From NCBI GenBank assembly GCA_051362555.1, contig JBPQGU010000016.1:4216001-4280000 (forward strand): a DNA stretch of 64,000 bases. Reading direction: 5' to 3'. Positions 26,762 to 39,564 of the stretch are shown piece by piece (position 1 is the first letter of the stretch; the number at the start of each line of letters is the position of its first letter). The notes under the pieces were generated by a model. The model searched no databases. It was not told where the DNA came from and worked only from the letters and a program-made list of their open reading frames with translations. Position numbers and translations under genes: made by a program. The stretch comes from Lingula anatina (Eukaryota; Animalia; Brachiopoda).

Positions 26762-27095
26762 TATGGAAGCGTGTAAGGGTCACAACACCAACACCAAAAA
26801 CAAAATTCACAACACCAACACCAAAAACAAACTTCACAACACCAACACCAAAAACAAAACTCACATCACCAACACCAAAAACAAAACTCACAACACCAAC
26901 ACCAAAAACAAACTTCACAACACCAACACCAAAAACAAAACTCACAACACCAACACCAAAAACAAAACTCACAACACCAACACCAAAAACAAACTTCACA
27001 ACACCAAGTTGTTGGTGTTGTGAAGTTTGTTTTTGGTGTTGGTGTTGTGAGTTTTGTTTTTGATGTTGGTGTTGTGACCCTTACACGCTTCCATA
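26762..27095. mobile_element. Foldback/MITE-like element with terminal inverted repeats and internal 27-bp minisatellite arms
   Basis: Left end TATGGAAGCGTGTAAGGGTCACAACACCAACA is the reverse complement of the right end (…GTTGTGACCCTTACACGCTTCCATA). About 8 copies of CACAACACCAACACCAAAAACAAA(A/C)(C/T)T lie on the left and ~2.5 inverted copies on the right. GCCTTT flanks both sides. Confidence 0.85.
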
Positions 27096-27802
27096 GCCTT
27101 TCTATATACATAGTCCTTTTTAAAAATAATTACCGTATCAGTTTTTTAAAACTTAGAACAAAAGTTTTCAGTTTGTCTGTCTTTTTTATTCCAGCAATTT
27201 CAGCAGACATTACTGTTCCCAAGACACCTTGCCTGTGCTATCAAACGAATCCTGTTACTTACAGCACAGGAGCACCAAAGAGTTTGAAGAGTGCTTTACA
27301 AGTCATCAGTCAAATTAAAAAGAAATGGTCTTAGCTTTGCAAACCGGTGTCAAAGGGTCAAATCAAGTATTCCAAGCCTTCCAAGGACTAGTATGATGTA
27401 AGTCAGTATGGACAATATATTAAAGATCCAAAAGCATCAAAGTCTTTAAGGTACTCGCCCCACGCCGCAGCATGTCATCGAAGAAATGACCCCTTGATGA
27501 TAGGGATATGGATTGCAAGTGTTCTGGAGGCTCCAAGATAACTGTCTATAGCAGGTTCTGGTACTTGCATAGTGGGTCTTCAAACCCTTGGTATAGAAAG
27601 TACAAACCAGCAGCTTAATCTGGAAGTTAAAAAGAAAAAACAGCCATAAGTCCATGCATTAAAATCATGTTGAAATCTCTTTTTGGAAATTAGAAAAACG
27701 ACTATTGCAATTATTAGAGAAGGCTTAATTAACTTTGAGTGTGCATTTTGTATTTTTGGCAATAATGAGAAATGAATGAACATTCATTGATTAATTATTA
27801 TC

Positions 27803-27803
<1 letters not shown>

Positions 27804-27838
<35 letters not shown>

Positions 27839-27841
27839 TTT
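27804..27841. repeat. (TTTA)n microsatellite
   Basis: Direct TTTA repeats visible. Confidence 0.85.
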
Positions 27842-28384
27842 TGCTATTTCCACTTGAGGGTGCTTACGCAAATTTGGCAGATTTCCCAAGTTTTGGGTTA
27901 AAAGCACAATGTTGTTATTTTGGGTCTTTATGAGGTAATGTGATTTTGTCAGCATATTAGTTAAATGAACAACTTTGTCTGGATGCCCCACTCCTGCCTC
28001 AAATGAGATTTTAAAAGCAAACATCAATATCTATAAAGACAGGTTTTAATGCTTATTTTGAACACATTTCACATAAATCACATTTCACATGATGATCTGG
28101 GCTGATTTTGTCAAAGTTAAAGAAACCCCATTTTGAACACTGATGACAATTTAAGTAAAACCATGTTACTCATGGATCTCAATCTTACAGAAAAGGTAAA
28201 TTGGACTGAAATACAGCTTGAGTTAGAAAACTGAACTGATTGCATTCTTTTTCTGAGAGTTATTTATTTATTTAATTATCATCATTATTATTATTTATTA
28301 TTATTATTATTTTCAAAACATTTTTTTCACATATTAGCATTTTCTTCGTGAGACTTGGAACTCCCACGGGATGAAATTCCAGCT

Positions 28385-28670
28385 CCCACTCTCAAGCCCC
28401 TGGGGAGCTTTTTGAAATAATATAAAGATGAAATTTGGGTCTTTTTAAAATAATTAAAATAATGATGTCAGGAAGGTGTGTTTTGTTTTTTCTAGCCATC
28501 CACAGGTAAATTGTTTTTTTTTTTTAATATTTCTTGTGAATTAAAAAAATATTTTTCCATCCCCCTCCCCAACCTCAAACCCCTGAGGACCTTTTTGAAG
28601 TACTATAAAGATGCAATTTGGGGATTTAATGATGAGATGTTGATATGTTTAGACAATTATTGTGAATGAT
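28385..28670 (+). repeat. Degenerate relic related to the satellite; two ~183-bp-spaced subunits
   Basis: CTCAAGCCCCTGGGGAGCTTTTTGAAATAATATAAAGATGAAATTTGGG (28391) vs CTCAAACCCCTGAGGACCTTTTTGAAGTACTATAAAGATGCAATTTGGG (28574) match at 43/49. Satellite-like motifs TGTCAGGAAGGTGTGTT and GTTTAGACAATTATTGTGAATGA are present. Confidence 0.6.
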
Positions 28671-29301
28671 CCCTTTCCGTCTCAGCACTGATACTCCTCC
28701 ACACCATTACTCCCTCGTACCGATAGGCCTATACTACCCCTTACACTCCATCGACCTCACCCGCATCTTAAAGCTCCTGCCACGATACTCTCTCACAGCC
28801 TTTGCAATTGGTTAAAACTGCTACCAACAAAACACAATGATTGATCTAAAAACTCTCGAAATACTATTTTTCCGAAAGTGCACCACCCTCTTGGGACCCA
28901 AAAGTGACACATTTCAGTAGAAATATTGTGGAAAAATAAGGGAATTACTAAAGTTGGTCTGCTTAGTAACAAAGTACATAGTCGATCTAATATGTATGCA
29001 GCTCGGCTTTGTGATTATTAAGAAATATCTGTATACTTCACTTCGTTCTTCAACAGTGGTTACTGTATACAATATGTGCATCTTCTTCTTGATTTGTTTA
29101 TTAATTATTTTACTAAAATTATGTTTTTAACAGAAGATAGCAAAGACGACATAATCTTTTCTTCAGGGGCCACTCTATTCGTAAAAGAAATTGAAACAAC
29201 AACAACAAAAAAACATTGTTTAAGCGAGAAATTGCCGCCTTTGTCCTCCTGGAAATGTGAGATTCTACAATTTACGCTGTCCTTGGGCGATTGTAGGAAC
29301 T

Positions 29302-29347
29302 ACTCAGTGGTTCAGTGACTGAACACTCAGTGGTTCAGTGACTGAAC
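29302..29347. repeat. Perfect 23-bp tandem duplication containing a near-palindrome
   Basis: ACTCAGTGGTTCAGTGACTGAAC occurs twice; GTTCAGT-G-ACTGAAC is self-complementary. Confidence 0.9.
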
Positions 29348-30468
29348 ACCTACAGTATAATGCGCTTAAATTACTGTTTTTTCTTTACGGTTCTGTTTGT
29401 AATAGAAATCTAGGACAGAAAAAATTACAACTTGAATGTAACATCATAAATCCTTAAAAATAGATGACAAATCCGATTGTGTTTATTGCCAGTATGCAGC
29501 AAGATCGTTATTAAGAAATCAATAACGAACAGCTCTCAGGGGCGAATCCAGGATTTCGAAGACTAGGTGGTTAGTTTTTATTGACCCCGCTTCTACGTGG
29601 ACGGAACGGTTCATTTTTAACATTGAATAAATTAATTGAATTAATATTCATTAAAATTAAATCAAATAAAATAACGATGCATGATGATTAGTAATGCAAG
29701 ATTTATGCCGCAAAGTCGCTTGTCAGACTACATCTAAGATGATCTCACGACATACTCGGGTATGGCTGTTTAGATGTAGGGGGTAGAGGCACTATTTGAA
29801 GGCAGCTGAAGGAAAAAATCGAAAGGAGTTCGATGGCATTTAGCATTACATGGTCCATTTCTCAGTAAAGAATACTAAATAAAGAAATTATACATACTTC
29901 AGGATGGCTCACTGCGGTTTTCGTCCACACATAGGCAACCAGTAATTCGGACTCTACTAGCGATAATGTAAACACACCTTGAATGCCCATTTATATATTT
30001 GCTTTTCTAGTTAAACTTAGCAATGTGTATTAATTTTGTTCGAAAAAAAAAGCATTCCACTGTAATTTGCGACCGCGTCCATGTGCACCAATGCAGGCCT
30101 ATTCTATTTATGGAGATGGTCACATAATCAGCAAAACGGAAACTTAACTGGTACATGTACAAGTTTCGAAATAAAATGTTTGTCAAACCTTTATAATATC
30201 TAGAGCTTTTGTTGTTTGAAACATGTTTAACTAAAATGTAAGAAAAACAAAAAAAGTAAGCAGCAAGCTGGTAGGCAGTAAGTGAAAGCCTGGTCTGAAC
30301 ACTGAATTTCTAGGTAACCATGTATTTTTCACACCCCCTAATTTCATTTCCACAACGATCCGTGAATGAGGTTAAAAAGCAATAACATACTTGTGTGACA
30401 GGACAAAATGCTTTGTTTATTACGCCACTTTATCTTGTCAAATGAAGCATGAATTTGAAAAACCATGA

Positions 30469-31020
30469 AAACTAGAGGATCAGAGAGGTGATACCGCCTG
30501 AGGGTATTGTACCACCAGCTGGAGTAAGCTCATTCGTATAGAAAAGTGAAAAAAGGGACACCACCTCCAGTGTTGTGCTTGACAAGCTCTACATGCAGTA
30601 AGCAAAAGTTCTAAATAGTTTTGTTGAAAATTACCATTTAAAACAAAACCATGAGGAAAAGTAAAAGTTTAAATTCAAATTTGTGAAGTGCAGTTCATGG
30701 CAAAAAGTAGGTCAAAGCTCAATTTCAAGAGCACAGATTGTCAGCATATGACTGCCTATTCAAGTTCAATAGTGATTATGGGCATATCTCTGCTAGTTTT
30801 GGAGATATAAAAGTTGCAAAGTTGCGCGGCTCATTATAAAATCGCCACCTTTTAAAATTTCCAGTTGCACTAAGTGCACGTGGTTTGCAGATTAATTTTA
30901 GCCATTAAGAGCGTTAGATTGAAACCTTTTGCCGCTACAAATACAACAACTTGATTGATATCTTAGGCGATTATCAAAAACAGACAATAGCAAGAATCAC
31001 TTACCTGCTGTAGGTTACAA
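30469..31020 (+). mobile_element. Possible non-autonomous Helentron-associated (HINE/DINE-like) element
   Basis: Starts AAACTAGAGG…AGGTGAT and ends …ATCACTT followed by a short hairpin ACCTGC-T-GTAGGT. Only the architecture resembles HINEs; no family match was verified. Confidence 0.3.
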
Positions 31021-31032
31021 GGGCGACCAACC

Positions 31033-31248
31033 CAGGGGCGGGACCAGGATTATTTGAAGGGGGGTCCACGGATGCAAAACCGACCCTTATCTTAGAGGGC
31101 GAACGGTGCTATTTGGTACTTTTTAGAACTATGATTCGGCTAGAGAAAATACTTATTTCATAAGGGGACCATCGGTGTGATTATTTTTAGAAACTGAAGG
31201 GGAGGAGGTCAGGACCCCCTGACCCCCCCCCCTCCAAATCCGCCACTG
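31033..31248. mobile_element. Short non-autonomous DNA transposon (MITE), CAGGGGCGGA…TCCGCCACTG type
   Basis: Imperfect TIRs CAGGGGCGGGACC / AAATCCGCCACTG with G- and C-rich subterminal tracts. Related ends occur at 29537, 31633, 34668 and 46313. Confidence 0.7.
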
Positions 31249-31574
31249 CAACTACCAATGGACCTCGGTGGACACAGGTTAATTACATATCTGGCATTTG
31301 TGTCATAGTTTGTGCATTTAAGCTTTAAACTTAAGTTTTATAAATATTAAAGTACCTACCCTTTAACGCGAAGTAAGAATCACGGTCAGCCACCTTTGTT
31401 TATGAGACAGTAATCAGTGTTACGCCGACGACCATCACCTGATCTATTGAATTAAACGAGTGGAGTAGTAACGAACCCTTGGAACGAATTTGAGAAATAA
31501 GCAAACCTGACTTTATCGAGTGTAGGGGAGTTCGATTTTCTAAAAAAAATGTACATTATATTTATAAAAATTCA

Positions 31575-31633
31575 GTCGGGGTCGAAACTCCCCCCCCCCC
31601 CCGCCCCCACCGACCCTCCTAAATCCACCACTG
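31575..31633. mobile_element. MITE right-end fragment of the same type
   Basis: GGGGTCG…CCCCC…CCTAAATCCACCACTG resembles the right end at 31248. Confidence 0.5.
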
Positions 31634-31864
31634 GCACAAATCTTTTGTCCTGTACCACCTTAACTGCGTCACGTCCAGCTCGATGTAGCGAGTCAATAGA
31701 AATATAATTTCAATCGGTTGACGAGAGGAATTAAAGTGAAATTAATTTCTCTCTGGTTATGACACGCCAGAAGAGGGCGGGATTGATGTAGGGGAGTTTT
31801 CGTGTCATTTAGGCGATTGACACGGTACTGTTAACACGCTTATGATTACGACTCCGTAGACGAC

Positions 31865-34415
31865 ATGGTTGATGAGTCCAGTGGAGGCGAACACTTTACC
31901 TTGGCTGATGTAATGAAAAAAATGGAAAGTAAAAAGAAAGAGACGAAAGACTATTTCGACCATAGACTGTCTACATTTAATGCCGAAGCCGGTAAAAACT
32001 GAAAGTCGACAATATTTATCTTGGAAAATAGAAGGTAATCACCAGAAATTTGACTCAACAGTATTTGAAAATAAGATTATTGTGGTGAACAAACTGACAG
32101 TGCCTTACAGTCTTGGCAAGAGAAACAAACTTATCAGAATTGCTGACACTTTCGACACTGTTAAGGAACATACTGTTAATCCTCTTGCTTGTGATTCTGA
32201 GAGCGAGAGAGCTACAAAGAAAATAAAAGAAAACAAAAAGGGAGCCAAAAAAATAAGGTTATATCAGCAGACCGACCGATAGGTGTGGTGGGCGATACTT
32301 CTCAGCGGAGAAGTCTTTATCGCAGCAGCGGGTCGTGACTTTGCTTAGCTTGTTGAGGAAAGGGCCATTTCATGCTTGAGTGACCAACTTACAGAGGGGA
32401 AAGTTATTCTACCAGAGTCCAACCCCAGAGATAAGGGAACATCTGGAATGGGATAGAAGGCGGAAGCATTGAAAAATAGATAAGTACCCGGTACATGTAT
32501 GAGTGCGTTAGTTTCAATCAAGAGTTGCATAATTATGAACATGAGCAAAATCAGAAATTCATACCCGTGAAAAGTAGGTTAAGAACCAATTTAAGTTTTT
32601 GGGAAGAAGTAGGGTATTCATTTTTTATTCTAGACTTGATAAAAATGGTTATAAATTTCCGTTTATAGCAACACCCTGTGGGATGAGGAAAGATAACAGC
32701 TTTCACCATTGAAAAATAAGTTTTTTGTTAAAAAGCTATTCTTGAATTGAAAAAGATGCGTTTGATTAAAAGGTGTAGCAAACAACCAATTGTTGATAAC
32801 CCTTAAACAGAAGCAGTGCATAGCAGTGAAAAAAATAGATTGATTTTAGATGTACGAGAAGTAAACAAACATGTCTGTAAGCAGTCTGGTAGTTACGGAC
32901 ATTTGAGAACGGCTCTTATGTTTATGAAACTGTGTGGTTGGTTGATTAAATTTGATTCAGCTAATCAACATCTAGATATCTATTATCCTCATACGGATTA
33001 TTGAGGTTTTTCATGGAAAATTCAAGATCAGCAGATTTATTTTTGATTCTTAGTTCTTCCATTTGGGTTATCATTAGCACTTCATATTTTTTTTTGCAAA
33101 ATTGACTTGGCAATTAATCAAAGAATGGTTCGATGTAATTGGATGACGGTCTGTGGTACTGCAGTAACATAGATAGATTGGAGCATCAGGGTGCTGAGAT
33201 CAAAGATGATATTGCTAAGTCAGGTTTTATGTAAATATATGAGAATACTATTTGGTCGTACATGTAGGTACAGAGTCTGGCATTTATAGGCATCGAAATA
33301 GATATTAGTATTGGGGAAATCAAAGTTCTTGATATTAGATTAGCAAGTGCTAAGAGATCTGACATTATATTCGCACGAAAGTGAGCAGAGGTCTGGCTAT
33401 GTCGGTCGGATTATACTATGTCTCATGTGTTGGGAAGTGTAACGCAACTAATGACAAATTATATTAGCATGGTTATTTCAAGTGCTTTTTCTTAGAATCA
33501 GAAAATGTGTGTGAAAGCATGCAGTCAAATTAGACCTTGGTGTAGTAAATCAGAATTTTACAGTTTTCACCTCAGTGCAATAAGGTAGTTTATTCTGATG
33601 CTAGTAGTACTGGGTTTGGAGGATATTGTGTGGATACACCTAAAAGGGTGTGTTGCGGGGAATGGTCAGCTGACGAAGCGACGGAGAGCTCTACTTACAG
33701 AGAACTGATAGCTGTTTTCAGGGTCCTGTTCTCCATGGCAAACACGTTGAGTGTTTTGAGATTGAAGTGGTTTTCTGATAGCAAAGATGTTGTAAACATT
33801 AAAGAAAAAAGTAGCATGAGGAGTAAATTACAACCTATTATTTTAGATGTTTTTCTTCTAATGGAGTTATTCAATAGAAATGAAAGGATACTGAGAGAAG
33901 AGAATACCCATGCAAATTATATAAGTAGAAGTGTGGATGTTGACAATTGGGGTATTTCTAAAGAATTATTCTCACATTTTGATAAGATATGGGGTCCTCT
34001 TGAAGTGGATTGGTTTACGTCCTGCTACAATGCTTAAGTACATATTTTTACTCTAGATTTTAGAATTCAGGAACAGTGAATGGGACACGCGTCATTTACG
34101 GATCTATCCTGGTCCTCAGATCAAATTCAGTCTCTTATTTCTACCAATGAGTTACAACAGACTCCTTGTTTCTATATTGTTTCCGACAGACTGTTCTGGT
34201 CCTTCACCTGTAAATATCCATCATGACGTAATCAAATGTGGCACCGAAACGTGCCCTTGGCTGACTCTGTTATGGTCTCAAAATTTTTGAAGCTTTAAGC
34301 TTTTAGATGCTACCTAGTTTCTTATTGAAAAGTCGAGATATAGAGGTGGCAATTGGCTTTTGATAAATCGGGTTAAATCGTATTTATGCCCAGTAAAAGT
34401 TCTTGAAAATATTTA
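31865..34415 (+). mobile_element. Degenerate tyrosine-recombinase (DIRS-order, PAT/Ngaro-like) retrotransposon: gag, RT-RNase H-methyltransferase-like, YR fragment
   Basis: Gag-like WKIEGNHQKF, RNKLIRIAD and TVKEH..NPLACDSE, plus a broken CX2CX4HX4C knuckle (32342-32383). RT motifs RLILDVREVN, LVLPFGLS and LDDGL (~33139). RNase H YSDASSTGFGGY, SSTYRELIAV and WFSDS. MT-like WGPLEVDWF…FYSRF. YR piece YRGGNWLLI…LCPVKVLE (34339-34410). Many stops and frameshifts. Confidence 0.88.
32570..34075 (+). pseudogene. pol pseudogene (RT / RNase H / DNA adenine methyltransferase-like) of the DIRS-order element
   Basis: ORF fragments 32816-33004 and 33630-34037 plus motifs in neighbouring frames. Confidence 0.85.
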
Positions 34416-34667
34416 GATTTCATTGGTAGGCCTCGATCCTAGCGACAGCTTTTCAAATTTACATGGCCTATTTTAAATATAATATCGTTGAGTTACAATG
34501 ACAGTTATGTATGAAAATTGTATAACGACGAGGGGGAGTATCGGTGCGCGTACAACAGTAATTTATGAATACATTTTACAGTATTATGGAATATACATGT
34601 ATATTAGCGCCCGTGGTCTTATTGATCAATTAATGTGTGAATGAATAAGTCAAATCCACATGTACAT

Positions 34668-34942
34668 CTGGGGCGGATCCAGGATTTTTTGGAAGGGTGG
34701 TGGTGTTTTTTTTTACGGATTGACAAGGCCTCGGAGTGCAAGGCCGACCCTCACCCCTTTGGAGTTATGTCTGGGGCACGCTCGAGGGCCACGAAAAAGG
34801 GTGTTTTAGAGGGAAAATATCTCCATTTGATACGGTTTATAACTATTATTCAGCTATAGATTTTGGGTGTAATTTTTTTATCAGAAATCGAAGGGAGGAG
34901 GGGGTCTGGATCCCCCCTGACACTCCCTCTTTATCCGCCATG
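34668..34942. mobile_element. MITE, (C)TGGGGCGGATCCAGGA…TTATCCGCCATG
   Basis: Imperfect TIRs, subterminal GGGGTCTGGATCCCCC, and ATGTACAT-like sequence at both flanks. Confidence 0.65.
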
Positions 34943-36606
34943 TACATGTATTAGACCGTGAACATTCGTGAACAGTTTCAACCACAGTCCCTCGCCTGAA
35001 ATGAGCCATGCCTGTCTGTAATTTGCATAACAGTTACTTGCTCATCGTAGTGCGAGCTGTATTTCCGAATGCTCAGTAGGCAGTAGGACACAGCTAGGTG
35101 AAGACGCAATGTTCAACGTGCGGGTGCAGTCGCAACGCAGTCGTATGAGGCGTAGAAGCAAATGCATGTTTCGTAAGTAGCACTTTTTCTTCAGTATCGT
35201 ATGTCAGTTGATAGAAAGAGAGTAGAAAAATGCAAAGAAATTTGCGACGAGTATTTACGGGTATGTTACTACTCTTTGTTGTCGCTGTCGCCTGTCGTTT
35301 CTGTTATGCCACTCAAAATATTATTTAGCAAATTAGTAAATGGGCATATTACCACAAAGATCACGGACATATTTACATGATGGTACCGTATTTGTCACAG
35401 TTCCGAGCTTTTGATCCTAAGACAAGCGTGCCCCATGAACGATAGTCAGTTTTAGTAGGTTTGTTAATTTTATTATACATGTACCTGTAAAATGCTTGTA
35501 AGCAGTGTTGAAACACGGGGAAATGATTTATTCTAAAGCGAAATATGGTTCCCAAACGCGTGATGCAAAGCGATTTTAGATATTACAACTTTATATAGTA
35601 GGTAAAATAAATAAATAGTGATAACCTACACAAACTAGAGGAGTGTTTTCAATATTTTTTTTTTTTCAAAGCAAGATATCTGAAATATCTTTATTACTAA
35701 CTTCAGGTCTTAAATGTGGCGTTAGGCAACATAGAATCGATTGCTTTTTTGGGGTGCTATCTGAGCCTGAACTATGGACAAGTCAGATATTGTTAACATT
35801 ACTTTCTTATTTCAGAAGTCCACTGAGATACTGAGAACTGCACGGCACCTGGCTGCAGGCAACCAAGCCTGTCATTCACCCTCTGGAACCCTACGCACAT
35901 CCATGCATCTTTTGTTTTAAAATTGAATAAATACGTTTGTCATTCCTTGTTTTCTTATTCACTTCCATATGAAATGATGATAAAATATTAATAATAATAA
36001 TAAAAGAGGGTTAGGGGTAAAATTGTAAAGATATTATTGTTTGAGCACTTTCTAATTAAATCTGCTAAAACTGATCTGTAAGCATTGTGTTTGGGATTGA
36101 TGATTTCTCCAGTAACAGAGGATGTCGTAAATCGAAAGGATTAAAAGTTTTGTTAATATGCCCAGTATTTTGTAAATAATTGAGAGCATTTTAAGAATAC
36201 ATCTACAGGATTTCCAACAGCCCACATTTATAAATACAATTTGTATGAATTTACGATATTGCTTTTTTAAAAATCTGTCCTACATTTTTTATAGTGAGAC
36301 GGGTTTTTTAATATCTATTTATAAATTAGTTCATCCTCCCAGATAAAATTTTCTTAATTTAATATAAGTCCATATTCTAAGGTTTTTGGTTTGCTAGAGA
36401 AAATTGTTTCAAATTTCACGACCTTCTCATCAGACGAACACTTCAATTTTAAATTAAAACGGAAATATAAGAGATCTTGACACACTTTTGAAATGGGAAC
36501 AATGAAATTTGCTCCTCCACCCAAAACTTAGAACTGCATATTCTGATATGTTTGAAAATGTCTCATTAAAATCATAATTAAAATAAATTGATCCTTTGAT
36601 ATAAAG

Positions 36607-37168
36607 AAATGGGCTCGCCCCACCTGTCACCCCTCAAATCGAATGGACTTGTCCCACCTGTCACCCCTCAAATGGAATGGACTCGCCCCACCTGTCACCC
36701 CTCAAATCGAATGGACTCGTCCCACCTGTCACCCCTTAAATCGAATGGACTCGTCCCACCTGTCACCCCTCAAATGGAATGGACTCGCCCCACCTGTCAC
36801 CCCTCAAATCGAATGGACTCGCCCCACCTGTCACCCCTCAAATGGAATGGACTCGTCCCACCTGTCACCCCTCAGATGGAATGGACTCGCCCCACCTGTC
36901 ACCCCTCAAATCGAATGGACTCGCCCCACCTGTCACCCCTCAAATGGAATGGACTCGTCCCACCTGTCACCCCTCAGATGGAATGGACTCGCCCCACCTG
37001 TCACCCCTAAGATGAAATGGACTCGCCCCACCTGTCACCCCTCGGATGAAATGGACTCGCCCCACCTGTCACCCCTAAGATGAAATGGACTCGCCCCACC
37101 TGTCACCCCTCAAATGGAATGGACTCGTCCCACCTGTCACCCCTCAAATCGAATGGACTCGACCCACT
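36607..37168. repeat. 34-bp minisatellite (~16.5 copies)
   Basis: Unit TGGACTCG(C/T)CCCACCTGTCACCCCTCAAAT(C/G)GAA, which explains the repetitive ORFs at 36609-37083. Confidence 0.97.
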
Positions 37169-37504
37169 TGAAAACTTTCAATGCATGTCAGTGGTGGGTG
37201 GAAGGGTATCATGTGATTTTCGGGAGCCAATGAAAAAAGCAGGAATTTTACACTCCGTTATAGGTAAACAAAATGGCACGTTCGACGCACCGGGGAGGAT
37301 CGTTTATTTAGGAGGCATGCACATAAATTTGGTGGGTATTTTAAAAGCATTTTACTATTTACAACGATCAGTACCATCTCAACTTAACTCATGTGAAGTG
37401 ATTTTCAAGTGTTTGGTCTGTATATGTTTTTATGACAATTTAAACTAGGCATAGCTTCATATGTAGTTTGACAATTGTAAACTGAAGTTTTCACACCACA
37501 AGCC

Positions 37505-38045
37505 TTCTTTCAAGTGAAATATCTCGAAAAGCACTCGGACGATTTTTTTCCAACTTTTCAGTAATGTTGCTCATTTATTTGTTGACAAAAAGTGCCGATG
37601 GCACCCGATGGGACCCCTGGATCTTTAGAGATATAGACGGTATAATCCTTCATACCCAATTACGACCATTTTTGTAGGAATGCGTCTTTATAATGTTAAA
37701 CTCCCTCATTAAAAAGCATATATCTGAAAAAGTAAACGGTAGATTTTTTCCAAATCTTAATCTGACGTTTTTCGTGTACCTTTTTACATAATATGTAGCC
37801 TGCAACTGACAGCACCCCTGGGTCTTGGGATATATAGACAATGCAGTGCCATGGCAAATTACGGCCATTTTTGTTTGAGTGAAATTTGGATCACGCAGAC
37901 CCCGTCTTTCAAATCAAATATCTGAAAAAGCAATCGGACAATTATTTTCAAAATTGTCAGAAATGTTGCTTAGATATTGGTTAGCAAAAAGAGCCTATGG
38001 CACCCAATGGCACCCCAGGATCTTGAGAATTATAGGCTGTATATA
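37505..38045 (+). repeat. Three diverged ~200-bp tandem units
   Basis: Motifs ATATCT(C/G)(G/A)AAAAG…CGG…ATTTT…CACCCC(T/A)GG(A/G)TCTT…TATAG recur at ~37520, ~37720 and ~37918. Confidence 0.75.
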
Positions 38046-39511
38046 GTGCATGCCAAAGTACTGTTTTGGTTATCCCACAGCCAGCATTTACATGTATAAC
38101 AACAGCATAATTGCACTTGTATATCACTTACATGCTTGTCTGTATTTTAAAGCATAATGTGCAAATTGATCACTATACAAGCACATTCCTACAACTGTTG
38201 AAGGGCTAGTCATGGTATTAGTCAGCTACAACTACTTGTCATTCACTGTGTATGATGTACAAGAGCCTATTATATCTCAACTGTAGCTCCATATAATAGC
38301 ACTCTTTTATGCCACATACAGTAATTGGCTCAAGTACATATCAAATAAACATTTTTTTTAAATACTGATGATAAGTCTCATATCTTTTTCAGCATGGACT
38401 ACAATTTTTATTTTTGAAATGCTGTGCACTATAAAGGTGAGAAGTAATTCATCGGAATACCATAGTTGTAAACTTGTGACTTATGTTTCCATTGCTCATC
38501 TATTTCGTTAACATTGACAAAAACATGTTCTGTGTTTGTTTTGCCTAAACTTTCATTTTAATCTTACTATCATAAAAATTGAAATCATATTTAAGTATAA
38601 TGGTAACAGGTTACCTAAAAAGTTGAAGCCTTATCCAGTTAAATAATAATAATATCAAATATAAAACATTTACTGCTTTTTAATTTCAGGGAATGGAAAC
38701 AGCTTATAACCTCATAATGGGATACCGCCTATGGATTGTAGCTGAAATTAGAGACTTGAGATAACAGGAATGATGTTTGTTATTTCCAAAATCTGTGCCT
38801 TCATGGAGTGTGACATTGTAATAAACATGATTGCTTTTTAATTACTCAGTCATCAAATGTTAAATTAGTAGTTTGTCACAATATCAAATATTGTATTATC
38901 TGCATAGAGAATTCCCCTCATCTTTTGTAAGTTAAGTTTTGATTAATTAAGTAAAGTGAGTAGTAAGTCTCATGAACTTGGAGAAAATTAAATACTGCAG
39001 ATCTTGGAAAAACTTCGTTTATTGTGATTTCTGTCAGATATGAGGATTTGTAAATGTTGATAATACATTACATTTTCTGTCTCTTATTATATGCATTTAC
39101 CATGATTTCTCACTCTGAGTAATGTACGCATCTAGCAAACTAACTTGAAATTCAAGGCATATTTTATAGTTTTAAAAAAAGTGATATTAAAATCTGACTA
39201 AGACGAATTTAAAGTAATCTGAATTCTATCAGGATTTCAGTCTTGCCTGTGCTATGTATGTATTTGTAGGTTGTCACCCTTTTAAATCATTTAAAAAGTA
39301 TTATTATATTATTTCAATATTTTGTGAATAGTTAAATGAGTTATAAAATTTATAAGAAAAATGTAAGAAATAAAATATACTGTTAATTATGTTTTTATGA
39401 AATATGTGAAATAAAAAGTTTATAATCATATCAAAGTTCTTCCATTTGTTTATGATAATTTTGTCATTTTACATTTTCTTTGCCTTAAACTTTGGTCAAG
39501 CTTACTTTCCA

Positions 39512-39512
<1 letters not shown>

Positions 39513-39562
<50 letters not shown>
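39513..39562 (+). repeat. Poly(A) tract, ~50 nt
   Basis: Directly visible. Confidence 0.95.

Positions 39563-39564
<2 letters not shown>

Noticed and set aside
26739-27111. Repetitive ORFs (FVFGVGVV…, HNTNTKNK…, CFWCWCCE…)
   Set aside because: Translations of the 27-bp minisatellite in the foldback element
27190-27650. Possible exon after a polypyrimidine-CAG
   Set aside because: Stops occur in all frames and there is no recognisable protein motif
35109-35930. Small two-exon gene (ATG 35109, GTAAGT 35173, acceptor 35816, AATAAA)
   Set aside because: The spliced product would be only ~24 aa with no homology signal, so it cannot be supported as a CDS
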